64,000 bases of DNA from Nitrososphaerales archaeon (GCA_965197925.1 CBDAOC010000018.1:64001-128000), one strand, 5' to 3'. Shown: positions 11,269-23,729, counted from the stretch's first letter. Notes: a model not told the origin generated them from the sequence alone. A program made the numbers and translations.

Positions 11269-12546
11269 TCACCTTACATCTCTTGGGTCAGTTATGATTC
11301 CAGTTATTGCAGACGCTGCCACAACTTTTGGTGAAGCAAGGTATGTTTTTGATTCATTATGCCCCATCCTTCCAGGGAAGTTTCTATTTGTTGTACTAAC
11401 ACAAACTTCATCCTTGGCCAAAACACCCATATGCGCACCGCAGCATGCTCCACATGTAGGTGGGCCCACAACTGCACCAGCCTCTATAAATATACTGATA
11501 AGACCAGTGGATAGTGCACGCCTGTAGATGCTTTGTGCTGCAGGTAACACTTCCGTTCTTACCTTGACCTTCTTTCCTTTCAGGATTTTCGCTGCTTCCT
11601 CAAGATCCGTATACTTTGCACCCGTACATGAGCCAATATACGCCTTGTCTATTGGTATGCTACCAAGTTGCCTTACTACTTCTCTATTATCAGGAGAGAA
11701 AGGTTTCGCAACAACGGGCTCCATCTTCTCTACATCGTAGTCGTGAATGTCAGCAAAATCAGCATCTTCATCACCAACCAGCGGTGTAAAAGGCATTCTA
11801 TTTCGCTCCTTCACATAATTTAACGCTGTCTGATCTGGATCCATTATTCCATTCTTTGCACCGGCTTCAGTAGTCATATTTGTAAGTGTAAATCGCTCGT
11901 CCATTGGCATCTTGCTTATGACAGATCCGCTAAACTGTATAGTACTATAATTTCCAACATCGGTTCCATGATCGGCAATAATGTTAAGTATGATGTCCTT
12001 AGCCATAATGTAATCGGGTATATGGCCTTCAAGCTTAAATAATTTAGTCTGAGGAACCTTAAACCAAATCTTGCCGTTCAGCAAGACATATGCAATATCG
12101 GTATGACCCAGCCCTGTTGCAAAAGCCCCTAACGCACCTGTAGTGTTTGTATGCGAATCTCCCCCTACATAAACCTCCCCAGGTAGGACCAGTCCCTCCT
12201 CATGAGATAATGTGTGGCAAATTCCATACTGGCCTAAACCATATTTGAAGTGTTTCTCAATACCGAATTTCTTTACGAAATTTTGAACCAACACGATGTT
12301 TTGAGCCGCTAGCTTGTCTACAGCTGGAACGAAATGATCCTCTGCTACCCATACCCTAGATGGATCCCATATTCTTTCTATTTTCCTTCCATTCGTTTCC
12401 AATTCTTTGAATACCGTCATTACTCCTGGGCCAGAAACATCATGAAGCATGACCTTGTCTACATTAGCGAATATGACGTCATCTGGTGACACCTTATCTC
12501 TACCTGACGCTCTTGCGAGAATTTTTTCAGTCAAAGTCATACCCAA
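11269..12546 (-). CDS. leuC: 3-isopropylmalate dehydratase large subunit
   Basis: DH, GICH, DSHT, IGSCT, CGACCG, STTNRNFPGRMG. Confidence 0.93.
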   Translation of the reverse strand: MGMTLTEKILARASGRDKVSPDDVIFANVDKVMLHDVSGPGVMTVFKELETNGRKIERIWDPSRVWVAEDHFVPAVDKLAAQNIVLVQNFVKKFGIEKHFKYGLGQYGICHTLSHEEGLVLPGEVYVGGDSHTNTTGALGAFATGLGHTDIAYVLLNGKIWFKVPQTKLFKLEGHIPDYIMAKDIILNIIADHGTDVGNYSTIQFSGSVISKMPMDERFTLTNMTTEAGAKNGIMDPDQTALNYVKERNRMPFTPLVGDEDADFADIHDYDVEKMEPVVAKPFSPDNREVVRQLGSIPIDKAYIGSCTGAKYTDLEEAAKILKGKKVKVRTEVLPAAQSIYRRALSTGLISIFIEAGAVVGPPTCGACCGAHMGVLAKDEVCVSTTNRNFPGRMGHNESKTYLASPKVVAASAITGIITDPRDVR

Positions 12547-13638
12547 AAATTATCACCTGCAATCCTACGCCACAATACAGAATTAAAATGTTTTGTGCTC
12601 CTATCGCGTTCAGAGGATTGTTTTTATTACTTTTCAAATGTTCAGCTCCACAAGCACCTGTTGTTAAATCAAACACATTAGATCAGGAAGAGTCTGTCTG
12701 TAGTAATTGGTACACTAAAGTATACAAGTCAAATGATTTGATTGTATAAATAGGCCACATCTACGAACTACATATTTCCTTTAATTAGTGGATTGGAAGA
12801 ATAGTGAGATCATTATTCCTTTTCCCAATTGGATCTATTAGTTAATAATAATCTGGAAATCATTACCATAATCTTTATTCTACCTCTAAAAAATCAATGC
12901 CACCAACAACTCCAAATTATTTACTATTCTTCCGATCCCCGTCAAAAGGATCCTTTAGGATGCCTCCCATCTAACAATATCTCTGCTTCGGTAATATCGG
13001 TTTATCATATGGAATGAATAACCCTTGTTAATTAATACCATCACAACATGAACAAAATTAGCTTCCCAACATATTCATTTGTAAAGAATATCATCGGTAC
13101 GCCTGGGATCGTCTTTTTCATATGGCTACGCGCAAATTTTAAGAAACAATATCCAACCTTCAAGAAAACTATTCTAGGAACAAATTATTCATCATATATT
13201 TACAGTCTTTAATACTACAATATACTTCTTTAACCAATGAAACTAACCGATTCTGACTCGAGAGATTTTTTAAAATTTGCTAAATAAGGTTTAATTGGTA
13301 TTTCCATTGAGATTGATATTTCTAAGCTTGTCATCGTTGTTGTTATTAGGTTATGAATATTAGTTCGGCAGGGATTTTCCTATTATAAACATAATATCCC
13401 ACAACCCCAATTATTCACCATTATTACCACTGAATAATTTACCATCCATTGGCCAAACAAGCAAAGAAATTCGACCGATCGGTGAAGGTAATACAAGAAA
13501 TAAATCAAGCTTTGTGATTACCTTCTTCAATAGTGCTGCATTTTTAAATATATTTAGATACAGATCATCGACTATACTATAATACGAAACTTCCAATATT
13601 AGTAATATCATACTGCAATATTAATTAGTGCTGGCACC

Positions 13639-15060
13639 ATGACTATTGGTGTGGACACACAAAAAATGATTGACACAATCCTAAGACAAAAAATGAATCT
13701 TTCCAAGGTTGATCTTGAACAGATGATCGAGGAAAAGAAGGAAAAGATCGGTTCTGGATATCTTACTGACCAAGGTGCATTATTTCTTGTAGCTGCTGAT
13801 TTAGGAATATTGTTAGAAGAGCTGCCCAGATTAGAGATGAGCTTAAAGGATATCTACGCAGGAGCAAGGGAAGTTACCATCATTGCACGGGTATTGAACA
13901 TATATCCACTAAAAAAATATAATAGGAAAAATGGTTCTGAGGCAAGCCTAAGGACTTTGACGGTCTATGATAACGATACTAAAGTTAAGGTAAAGCTTTG
14001 GGATGAGATGGCGGTGTTACCGGAAAAAATTAACATAAAACCTGGTGATGCTATAAAGGTTTCAAAAGCCTATGTACGTTCGGGTATAGATGGCAAGATT
14101 GCCATTAATGGCGGTTCTACGACCACAATTGAGTTAATAGAGGATAATGTTCCTCATATTCGGGAAATCGATGCCTTGGTCATGGACGCAAGCGAAATAA
14201 CGGGTTCAGAAGAGGATATCATTGTAACCGGTGTGGTAAATACAAGTCCAACTATAACACGTTTCAACAACTTCCGGGGTGAACCAAGTAAGATGATGAA
14301 CATGCAAATTGCAGGGAGCGATGGCAAGACATTTCGAATTGTCATATGGAACATTGATGAAGAAAGGATACCTAAAGTAATTAAGAATAATTCTGAGATT
14401 AAGTTGATTGGGCTAAAAACTAAGCAAGGACAATATGGTGGTGTTGAGCTTCATGGTGATGAGGGAACTTTGATAGAATTAAAGGATGAGCCAGAGGAGA
14501 TTGAAATGATGTTACTACGAGTTATTTCTGTAAGCAGAGATGATGGCGAGAAACCAGAGTCTTATGCACTCGCCTTTGACAAAGGTAAGCAAATCTTTAC
14601 CATCCTTATGGATGAAATTTTTGTTGAGCAGCTTATAGATGACGGTATAATCCAATGCGTGCCGAGCAGGATTTATGGTAATATGCTATTACTTCGGGAT
14701 GATGCTTATGTTAGTGTGGTGGAAGACGATTCAACATTTCCAAATACAGATTCGCTCGAAATAAAAATCAAAGAACTCAAACCATCGCAAGAACCTTATT
14801 TCTTGGAAGCTATCACCTTATCTGCAGTAAAGGTGCAAGATATTCAAGTTAGAGATGGGAATGAAGTAAAATTCGCAGAAGTAATGCTTGGTGATGACAC
14901 GGCTGAAATAAAGCTAGTTGGTTGGAGAGAAACAGCCAGCTTTATTGCTGGTTTAACTATAGGGAAACGAGTTAAGGTGTATGGAGTTGTAGCTTTAACA
15001 GGAAGGGAAGGTGATATTGAATTAAGATTGAAACCTTTCTCGCGTGTACTCGAGCTTTAA
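13639..15060 (+). CDS. rpa: Replication protein A (multi-OB-fold ssDNA-binding protein)
   Basis: N-terminal GYLTDQGALFLVA motif; three OB folds (KVKLWD, RIVIWN, GDDTAEIKLVGW). Confidence 0.85.
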   Translation: MTIGVDTQKMIDTILRQKMNLSKVDLEQMIEEKKEKIGSGYLTDQGALFLVAADLGILLEELPRLEMSLKDIYAGAREVTIIARVLNIYPLKKYNRKNGSEASLRTLTVYDNDTKVKVKLWDEMAVLPEKINIKPGDAIKVSKAYVRSGIDGKIAINGGSTTTIELIEDNVPHIREIDALVMDASEITGSEEDIIVTGVVNTSPTITRFNNFRGEPSKMMNMQIAGSDGKTFRIVIWNIDEERIPKVIKNNSEIKLIGLKTKQGQYGGVELHGDEGTLIELKDEPEEIEMMLLRVISVSRDDGEKPESYALAFDKGKQIFTILMDEIFVEQLIDDGIIQCVPSRIYGNMLLLRDDAYVSVVEDDSTFPNTDSLEIKIKELKPSQEPYFLEAITLSAVKVQDIQVRDGNEVKFAEVMLGDDTAEIKLVGWRETASFIAGLTIGKRVKVYGVVALTGREGDIELRLKPFSRVLEL

Positions 15061-17816
15061 TCATCCCAAAATCCTCTTGTTACAATGTATTGTCTTTCCG
15101 CCTCATATATCTGCTTATAAGTCTCGGAATCGTCTACGAAATTCCGCAATACCCGCGCAGCCGTATCAACACCAATACCGTAACCAGATAATACCAGTAG
15201 TGCTTTCCTACCAAAGTTATGTATTAGGGATGCACCTTTCCATGCTCTATCGAACTTATGCTCATCATCAACGTTAAGCTTCCCGCCCTTCATTTTTGTT
15301 TTGATGATTTTTGCCAGCTCAAGATCAGAAACATATGTAGAGGTTATGAGTTGTGACCTGCATTTTGTACAGTGTAAATTATCAGGGATGTCCTTGGTCT
15401 CCATTATCCGCTCCCAGTTGCCACACCTTATACATATCAATTTGTGTCTAGTCTTCTGCAAACGTTCCTTCACCAACTCTATTACCCCTTGTTCAATGCT
15501 TAAGGGCGTCGCAGAAAAGCGCGTGGAACGGTCAAGGATAGGCTTTGAAAGGTCTGAGAATTCATCAACATCAATCCATTTTAAATTGATATCACTTTTC
15601 TTTATGCGTTCAAGTATTGATGATGATAGCGGAATATCAAATTTGTCATGCATTAATTCTCTAATTACCTCCTTGCTTATTGCGGTTTTTGAATATCTTT
15701 CATAAATCAAACGAGCCGCCTTTTTGTCATAAACAGCCTTACGATCGATCAATCCGAATCGCTTTGCGACATGCCATGTACGCCAGTTTACATTATGAGT
15801 ATTTCTTAGCGAGGCTATAATTACAACTTCAAGGTCATACTGATCGCCGAAGCAATCCATTATCTGCTGTTTCATTATTCTAACCTTGGAAGTGAGTATG
15901 ATCCTATAAGCATCTGATCTGGTTTCAACCAGGTATCCTAGCTTTGAAGAAATTATTGTCGAAAGAAGTGTCGAAAGAGTATTATTTACTTTCGTACCAA
16001 AACATGCATGTATTACTATTGCATTTCTCCTGGCCGACGATTCCACGACTATAGTACGATGATCAGGAATGGTTTGGGATAACCTGTAAATTTCTTCCAG
16101 ATTAGACTCACCAACAGACAAATTTCCTTTCAAGATCATTCTCCTTAATTTACCAACTTCTACAGCGGTCTCATATTCAATAGGGATCAAATCGCCCACC
16201 CAATATGGAATATTGACAGCTGCGCTGTGCATAGGTTCCACATTCAACCTCAACTTAGAATCATCCACTGCAAGAACACGCCACTGGGTCCCCTTCAACA
16301 CAAAGACATTACCTTGTTCACCATAATCACCTACAAACTCCTGATCTAAGCTCCCGACGGTCTTTTTGTTTACCGTATCAAACACTTCAAACTTCATGAT
16401 ATCTGGAATCGTAGAAATATTTTCAAAATAGTACTTGTAAGCTTTGATCTTTTTCCTGAAAGATAGTTCATCACGATCATAATTTATTATTCTATTGCTA
16501 TCAAGTAAGTCCAAACATGATTCTATATCATGCATTGTTATTTCCCTGAATAAATATGCACCATTTACAATCTTACAAGCTTCTTCAACACTTACGCTTT
16601 TTTGTTGTAATGTAAGTCCCACCAAATGATGGGTAAGAACATCTAATGACATTTCATGCATAACTTGTTCTTCAATAGAATCTCGCTTCAATCTACGGAT
16701 TATCGCCATTGCCTCGAGTTCGTCGTCTGGATTGTTTGTTATCAATAAGCCCTTTGCAGATTGTTTTATTTTGTGCCTGCTTCTGCCTATCCTTTGCATC
16801 AGTTTTGAAACCTGTCTTGGTGAGCCATAATGGATCACAATTTCTACAGAACCTATATCAAGACCAAGTTCAAGGGAGGATGTGCAAACAACTATACCTG
16901 CTGCCCCGCTTCGCAGCCTTGCCTCCGTTTCCTCCCTCATATCTTTTGATAGCGAACCATGATGTACGTCTATGTTAACATGATTTGAATGATTGTTCAT
17001 AACCGTGGATAAGTATTCTGCCTCGTTTCTAGTATTTGTGAATAGCAATACAGAGCATTCAGGATAATTCTTTTTGACGTAATCTGTAGCAAACTTTGCT
17101 ACTTCATTTAATGAACCCTTTACAAACCTTGTTTTTATATCGTAATCTCTTATGGAATTGTCTACTAAAATTGCACATTTTCTGTGAGTGCCGGCTACAA
17201 ACTTCGCTGCAGCTTTTAGATTCCGTATAGTTGCTGATAGACCTATTCTGATGATAGGGTTACTGGTGATAGCTTGGAGTCTTTCCAGACTCACAGCCAA
17301 GTGTGCACCACGTTCATTTGAAATGAGCTCATGAATCTCATCTATAACTATCCATTGTAAATTCTTCATTACACTAATCAACCTCTCATTAGTCAAAATA
17401 ATGGCCAGCGTTTCTGGTGTTGTTATCAGGATATCGGGGGGATCGGTAACCATTTTCTTCTTCGCATTTGCTGAAGTATCACCATGTCTGACTCCTACTT
17501 TCAAACCTTCCTTCTCCGCATAACCAATTATTCTTCGCAGGACATCCCGATTCAGTGCTTTTAATGGTGTGATGTAGATTGCACCTATACCAGAGTATTT
17601 TTGAGACACAAGCATAGTGAAAATTGGTATAACTGCTGATTCCGTCTTACCTGAACCTGTTGGTGAGACCAAAAGGGCGTTAATTTTGCGTGATAATAGA
17701 GGTAGAGCCTTTCTCTGAATAGGTGTTAATTTGTCAAACCCCACAGTCTTGAATTTATCAATTATGTCTTGGTCAACGTTCTGCATGCTTTCTTTCCTTC
17801 GCCCGTTCCCGTTCAT
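15057..17816 (-). CDS. lhr: Lhr-family DEAD/DEAH helicase
   Basis: SPTGSGKTE, RHGDT, TTPE, DEIHE, HHGSLS, SLELGLD, QRIGRS; C-terminal CxxC...CxxC. Confidence 0.93.
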   Translation of the reverse strand: MNGNGRRKESMQNVDQDIIDKFKTVGFDKLTPIQRKALPLLSRKINALLVSPTGSGKTESAVIPIFTMLVSQKYSGIGAIYITPLKALNRDVLRRIIGYAEKEGLKVGVRHGDTSANAKKKMVTDPPDILITTPETLAIILTNERLISVMKNLQWIVIDEIHELISNERGAHLAVSLERLQAITSNPIIRIGLSATIRNLKAAAKFVAGTHRKCAILVDNSIRDYDIKTRFVKGSLNEVAKFATDYVKKNYPECSVLLFTNTRNEAEYLSTVMNNHSNHVNIDVHHGSLSKDMREETEARLRSGAAGIVVCTSSLELGLDIGSVEIVIHYGSPRQVSKLMQRIGRSRHKIKQSAKGLLITNNPDDELEAMAIIRRLKRDSIEEQVMHEMSLDVLTHHLVGLTLQQKSVSVEEACKIVNGAYLFREITMHDIESCLDLLDSNRIINYDRDELSFRKKIKAYKYYFENISTIPDIMKFEVFDTVNKKTVGSLDQEFVGDYGEQGNVFVLKGTQWRVLAVDDSKLRLNVEPMHSAAVNIPYWVGDLIPIEYETAVEVGKLRRMILKGNLSVGESNLEEIYRLSQTIPDHRTIVVESSARRNAIVIHACFGTKVNNTLSTLLSTIISSKLGYLVETRSDAYRIILTSKVRIMKQQIMDCFGDQYDLEVVIIASLRNTHNVNWRTWHVAKRFGLIDRKAVYDKKAARLIYERYSKTAISKEVIRELMHDKFDIPLSSSILERIKKSDINLKWIDVDEFSDLSKPILDRSTRFSATPLSIEQGVIELVKERLQKTRHKLICIRCGNWERIMETKDIPDNLHCTKCRSQLITSTYVSDLELAKIIKTKMKGGKLNVDDEHKFDRAWKGASLIHNFGRKALLVLSGYGIGVDTAARVLRNFVDDSETYKQIYEAERQYIVTRGFWDD

Positions 17817-18005
17817 AAAGCATAATCACAAATAACCCTACGATAAATATCACAATAGAGGCTATCGTTAAGGAACTTGTAATTTCTGCCATACGTCATT
17901 ACAAAAAATAAAGGAATTAAATGTTTGGTTATATTTGCATTATACAATAATTAGATTATGATGTGTTTAGTGAACATCCACTAACAATGGAATCTATCTA
18001 ATTAG

Positions 18006-18026
18006 CGGGCCCGGCCGGATTCGAAC
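18006..18026 (-). other. Orphan tRNA 3' fragment (T-loop plus acceptor strand), probable att relic
   Basis: Minus strand GTTCGAATCCGGCCGGGCCCG; no D arm or anticodon arm upstream. Confidence 0.65.
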
Positions 18027-18420
18027 TTTACCATGTTTCGGATTTGTAGGTGTTTTTGGAACCTCTTGACAGACGTTCTACTGCTACAGCCATAGCAATG
18101 AGTTGGCAGATGGCAGGGAATTGTACTTCCCGTAGTACCGAAATGTTTCTTGAGTTCAGTTATCTCTTCGTCCTTCGACTTGATTATAGAGAGAAGTTTG
18201 TAGTGCTTGCAATGCTTATGCTTGCTCACACCGTACTATCATAGAATACTTGATCTGATCGTTTCGATTCTCAGGAAGGACGTAAATACATGCCATTAGG
18301 TTCTATTGAAGGCTCCTTTGAGTATTTCAACCTGAAATGAAATTCAAGTTTGCGCAAGTGGTAATACTGGCCAAATTGAATTTAAATCAAGAATCGGGAT
18401 CGAAGTTTTTAAAGAACTAA

Positions 18421-19465
18421 GAGCCTATCCTAAAATTCTAGCTGATAGTTAATGATTGGTAGAAATGATAACATTTAGAATGCAAGAATATTAGTTCATA
18501 CTGTCAGGTTTAGTTTTCTTACTATTGATTTTATTAGTATTGTAGATAGTAGATACTAGAAACAGTTGCATTAACGTGTTTATGACACTACCAATATATC
18601 GCTCTGTACACTATTAGGCAGTTAGCAAATTCTACTAGCGCCTGATAATTTTCCTCTCTCTTCTCGAACCTTACCAATAACTTTCTGAACCTGTTATGCC
18701 AAGATGCGGTTCTTTCTACAACCCATCTCTTTGCTTTGTATAAATTCTTTTTCAACACTTCACCCTTATGACGAATGTGATCTACATATCCCCTTCCTAA
18801 CTCCATACTCTATCTCAGGGAAATCATATCCTATTCATGCATATGTTCTGTTTAACTTTGGGCCTATCAACAACAATGCTATCTATTGTAGGAAAGGCTG
18901 ATTTCATATCGTGTTTATTTGCTCCAGTAATTACAGATGAGAGAGGAATACCTCTTCTATCAACCAGCATGTAACGTTTGGTACCTAGCTTGCCTCTATC
19001 CGTTGGGTTTGCTCCGGTCGTTTTCCCCCTAATGGGGCCTTCGGTACGCTATCCATGGATTGCCAGTCCCATCCTATACTCTTTAATTCATCATATATTT
19101 CCAGCAGCCTCTTCCATACCTTCTTGAATACTCCTATCCCAATCCATTCCTGAAATCTTGCATGGCAAGTTGAACCAGAACCAAATTCTTTCAATACCTT
19201 CTTCCACTGGCATCCAGTTCTTAATACATACAGTATTCCATTCAATACTTTTCTAAATGGCACAGCTGGCCTTCCAACTGTTCTTGCTGGTTTCTCTGGT
19301 GACAACACTAGTTTGAACTCTTCCCATAGATTGTCTGGCATATGCCATATGGTCGGCATGCTCTTTTTCTTTGATTTTCTCACAAATTTAGCTAGATCTA
19401 GAGACAGATCTAGATCTGTTTCGGTATAAACAATTAGGCTATGATGTTAATTTTAGGATAAGCTC
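18421..19465 (-). mobile_element. IS5-family (IS1031-like) insertion sequence, disrupted transposase
   Basis: 17-bp TIRs GAGCCTATCCTAAAATT / AATTTTAGGATAAGCTC (1 mismatch), TAA on both flanks; ORFs 18985-19383 (ILYVLRTGCQW) and 18588-18806 (RWVVER, RFRKL); middle frameshifted. Confidence 0.9.
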
Positions 19466-20414
19466 TAAATTATAGGAGTTTGTAGATGTTTTTGCTGTAT
19501 TGGGAACACCAAAGATTATATCATATCCATAATCTAGATGAGTAATACAAAAATAAATCAAAAAAGTTGCATGGAAAATATTTGATTGATTTTGCTTCAA
19601 CTTCCCATTTATCTCGCTCAAATTAATTCCACTGATTATCAAACCAAATCCGAATAGATTGATTGTGGGTCACCTAAAATCAGAAATTGCTCTAGGACCC
19701 TATGTATCACAGATATCCCAATTTAACGACAAGAATCAGATCATGAGAGATAGAGATAGGAAATTGATTACCGGCTTCATTGAAGACGGTCCACTTTGCT
19801 TTTGTTATGATATGTGGTAGAAAAATAATTGTCGGGTAACTGCAAGCTTTTCTCACCCACCTGGGAGCCCTTGAGCCGAATATCCGTAATTCCAATTTCT
19901 ACAATTGAAGCGGAATTCCAAAAATATGAAGTATGGTTTGTAGATGCTGTGTATTTCTTAAGATAATCGTTAGTCATAACTTTTAATCCCTTTGCGTATA
20001 TGCTTATATGCGTAAGCCCTTTAGGCGTTCCCCTCAATACACAAGGGGGGATCTGGATATTCTTGCAATGTATTGTTGTAAATCCATCCTAGAAGATATT
20101 AGAATGCAAGCATTTTCAGCAATATTCGGGTCCTTGTCAACAAGCTAAATCTATTCATGATTGTTTAGGGTCTATCCTTATCTTCAATTGTTGTAGTTCT
20201 TAAGGCCTGCTGCCAGGTCATTTAAGAGGTAATCTAGTTCTTATCCTTAGATGTTTCGACACAATGGTTGCAAGTATTATCTCTCCTTCACTCCACGTGT
20301 TCAATGGGAGTGATAATGCGAGAGGAATCTTCTTCCATTACAGAAACTCAAGTCCTGCGAGCTCTTTCTTCCTGGATAGATGCTTACCTTTTTTGATTGC
20401 CTAGGCATATAACT

Positions 20415-21511
20415 GAGGCTTGGACATAATTAAGTAGCTCGAAACGATAAGATCAGGTTCCAGTTTTCATTATTGATGTGTTTAACTCAGACTCCATACT
20501 CCTTCACATATTATTTTTGATTGGTATGATTCCTTGGCCAAAACCTAATAGGAAAAGAAGTAAACTATTCTGTTATTCTCCAACAGCAATACTGAGGTGC
20601 TTCATCGTTAGAGTATGGGTAAGGATTCCCAGTAACAACGCATTGCATCAGTATTTCTGTATGGATATGCCGTACAATAGGAAGGTGATGAAGGCATGTG
20701 GGTTGGATAGGTTACCAGATAGGAGAACATTAGATAGGAGGTTCAAGCTAATATCTTTTGATATCAAAGCAAGGATAGATGCCATAGGTCTGTTATTCAT
20801 AAATGGGGGTCTGATAGATTCATGCGTTGCATCTGTAGATAGTTCCTTGTTGAAAGCAAAGGGACATGTATGGCAAATCCAGCATGAAGAAGAATGAAGT
20901 GCCACGCTCTGGTATAGATACAGATGCAAAATGGGGCTACAGCAGAACCAAGGGATAGATGTTCGGATACAAGCTGCATATAGCCTGCAGTACAGGCTCA
21001 TTAATTCTACCATTGTCTGCTGACCTAACTACAGCAAATATTTCTGATAATAACTTGTATGAGAGTATAGCAGTACCATTACCAGAAGGGGTTAGATACA
21101 TTGTAGGAGATGAAGGATATGATGATCATGAGTTATGTGATTTCAGCAGGTATAGAGGGCATCTACTAGTATTCCCATTGGAAAGGTACAAGCATACTAC
21201 AGATAATAATAGACTGGCATTACTGCAGTTCTATCAATCTGAATTTGGACAGCTTGTACATTCGCAAAGAAGCATAAGCGTTGAACCATTGATAGAGCAC
21301 ATAAAGGATGTATTTTATATAGACCCATTACCAGTTAGAGGATTTGATAAAGCTAGGAGCATCGTTCTGATTTCTATATTGCTATACCAGCTGATGGTAT
21401 ACTACAACTACTTGACAGGAAGACCATTAAGGGCATTGAAGCACATGTTGGGAAGTTAATCAATCAGAGGCATCAAGTTATTTTTGTTATATGGAATAAT
21501 GCCCATGCCTC
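20415..21511 (+). mobile_element. DDE_Tnp_1-type IS, copy 1 (transposase broken)
   Basis: Ends GAGGCTTGGACATAATT / AATAATGCCCATGCCTC; perfect 8-bp TSD ATATAACT; ORFs 20478-20897 and 20959-21459 (VDSS, FGYKLH, GDEGYD). Confidence 0.9.
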
Positions 21512-21840
21512 ATATAACTATCAAATGGTTGAAGGCCCAAGTTCAAACCAAATACTTTAAGTGTAAGGATCTGGCGTAAATACCTATAACAAGTTCATTG
21601 TTTTCCAATTAGTTCTAGTTAACTCATAGACAAATTAATCGAGCACAAATTCTTGGATTTTGCCTTACTTTCTATTCTATAGACACAGTCGTAATATCAG
21701 GGTTCTGCAGTTGGATTGGGATTTAAATTTGGATTACCCGCAATTCCATAGTGCTTATTGACATCAAAATTGCTCATAATATTTAAAATTACAGATATAC
21801 AATTCTAAACGATTTTAAATGACTTCTTTAGGGAACTAAT

Positions 21841-22500
21841 ATGATGGTTACAGTTAATGAAATTATAGGTCTAATCAAAAAGGCTAGGGAGAGGGCGCAA
21901 CAGAAAAAGTTCACTCAAACGGTTGAACTTATTATTACTCTGAAGGATATAGATGTTAAGAAGGGTTTCTCTATCAATGAAGTAGTTACTTTACCACATC
22001 CATCCTCGAAGAAAGCTAGCGTTTGTGTGCTCGGTTCGGGTGATATGGCATTAAGGTCTAAGAAAGCTAATGCAGAGAAGGTAATAGAACCAGAAGAATT
22101 GGATAGAATAAATACCAATAAAAGAGAGGCGAAGAAGCTTACAAAAAAATTTGATTTCTTTATTGCTGATACCTCAATAATGTCCAAGGTAGGAAAATCA
22201 CTTGGACAGTACCTTGGTCCCAGAGGAAAGATGGCAGCACCGGTGCCTTTTAACTCCCCCGTTGAAAATATGTTGGAACGATTCGGAAATTCTGTCAGGA
22301 TTAGGGCAAAAGCGCAACTAAATGCGTCTTGTAAGATTGGGGATGAGAGTATGAAAGATACTGATCTGTCTGAAAATGCAGTCGCTGTGGTGAGTACGAT
22401 AGAGAAGAAACTACCCAACGGTGATAAAAATGTAAGAAATATTATGATAAAGCTAACTATGGGAAAGCCTGCTACTTTAACAGAAGCCAAGGCGATTTAA
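21841..22500 (+). CDS. rpl1: 50S ribosomal protein L1
   Basis: FTQTVEL, LGPRGKM, KLTMGKP. Confidence 0.96.
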   Translation: MMVTVNEIIGLIKKARERAQQKKFTQTVELIITLKDIDVKKGFSINEVVTLPHPSSKKASVCVLGSGDMALRSKKANAEKVIEPEELDRINTNKREAKKLTKKFDFFIADTSIMSKVGKSLGQYLGPRGKMAAPVPFNSPVENMLERFGNSVRIRAKAQLNASCKIGDESMKDTDLSENAVAVVSTIEKKLPNGDKNVRNIMIKLTMGKPATLTEAKAI

Positions 22501-22501
22501 T

Positions 22502-23365
22502 ATGCAGACAACTAGAACCTATTCTAAAAAGAAGGTTCAGATGTACAAAGATCTCGTGGAGCTCATTAGGCAATACAAAGTGATAACATTGTTAAAAATG
22601 GAAAAGGTGCGTTCCACACAACTCATGCAGGTAAGAAAGAAGTTCAGAACTCAGCTAAAGATCATAATGACCAAGAATAATATTGCCAAGAAGGCGTTGG
22701 CCGCCGTCGAAATTAAGGGGATGGAAAAAATATTAGAAGGCCTCGAGGGTCAACGCGCATTCATGTTTACAAATATGGATCCTTTCAAGTTATCCCTAGA
22801 ATTAGATAAAAGCAAAATCTATCTACCAGCGAAAGGAGGTAATATTGCAACAGATGAAATAGTTATACCTGCGGGAAACACAGGTATACCTCCTGGTCCT
22901 GTTCTCTCCGAATTCAAAGAAGCGAAGGTTCAAACTAAGATAGATTCTGGTAGCATTGCGGTTTCTGAGGACACAGTAGTTGCTCTACCTGGTGATGTTC
23001 TTTCACACAAACTATCCGCTCTCTTGGGCAAGTTGAATATCAAGCCGATAAAGGCTGGTATGACAGTATTTATGGCCCTACAAGATGGCGTGTTATATAG
23101 AGAAGAGGATCTGATAATAGATATCGAGGGGATTAAGCTTGAATTATTGACCTCCTCCAATTCGTCTTTGGCATTAGCTATAAATGTTTCATATGCAACC
23201 AAGGAAACGATTGAACAATTGTTAGAAAAGGCATTCGCAGATGCAAGAAATCTGTCAGTGAATAGTGAATATGTTAATGATGAGACAATAAAGGAATTAT
23301 TGTATGCAAATAGTGCTAGAGCACAGGCATTATATGAATCTGTAAAAAAATTAGGTTATTCTTAA
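22502..23365 (+). CDS. rpl10: 50S ribosomal protein L10 (P0)
   Basis: [27 protein letters not shown]. Confidence 0.95.
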   Translation: MQTTRTYSKKKVQMYKDLVELIRQYKVITLLKMEKVRSTQLMQVRKKFRTQLKIIMTKNNIAKKALAAVEIKGMEKILEGLEGQRAFMFTNMDPFKLSLELDKSKIYLPAKGGNIATDEIVIPAGNTGIPPGPVLSEFKEAKVQTKIDSGSIAVSEDTVVALPGDVLSHKLSALLGKLNIKPIKAGMTVFMALQDGVLYREEDLIIDIEGIKLELLTSSNSSLALAINVSYATKETIEQLLEKAFADARNLSVNSEYVNDETIKELLYANSARAQALYESVKKLGYS

Positions 23366-23676
23366 CCGAACAGCGCAGATAGTCCTGCAAGTGCCTCTTC
23401 ATCACCCTTTTTCTCCTCTACTTCCTCTTTCTTTTTCTTCTCTCCGCCTTTTGCCTCTGCTCCTGAAGGCTGTTGGGCATCTACCGCAGGGGGCACTACT
23501 ACCGGCGCACTCTTCAGCGCTTCCTCAATGTTAACTTCACTCAGGGCGGCTACCAATGTTTTAACCCTAGCCTCATCTGGCTCAACGCCAGCGGCTTTCA
23601 CAACATTCTTTACATTAACCTCACTCACATCTTGCTTCAGTTTGTGCAAGAGTAAAGCAGCATACACATATTCCAT
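23362..23676 (-). CDS. rpl12: 50S ribosomal protein L12 (P1/P2)
   Basis: [11 protein letters not shown]...GLSALFG; start at second Met. Confidence 0.96.
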   Translation of the reverse strand: MEYVYAALLLHKLKQDVSEVNVKNVVKAAGVEPDEARVKTLVAALSEVNIEEALKSAPVVVPPAVDAQQPSGAEAKGGEKKKKEEVEEKKGDEEALAGLSALFG

Positions 23677-23729
23677 TGTTGATTCATACATACTTCTAGA
23701 AGCTATAATATAAAATTTTGTAAGCTGAT

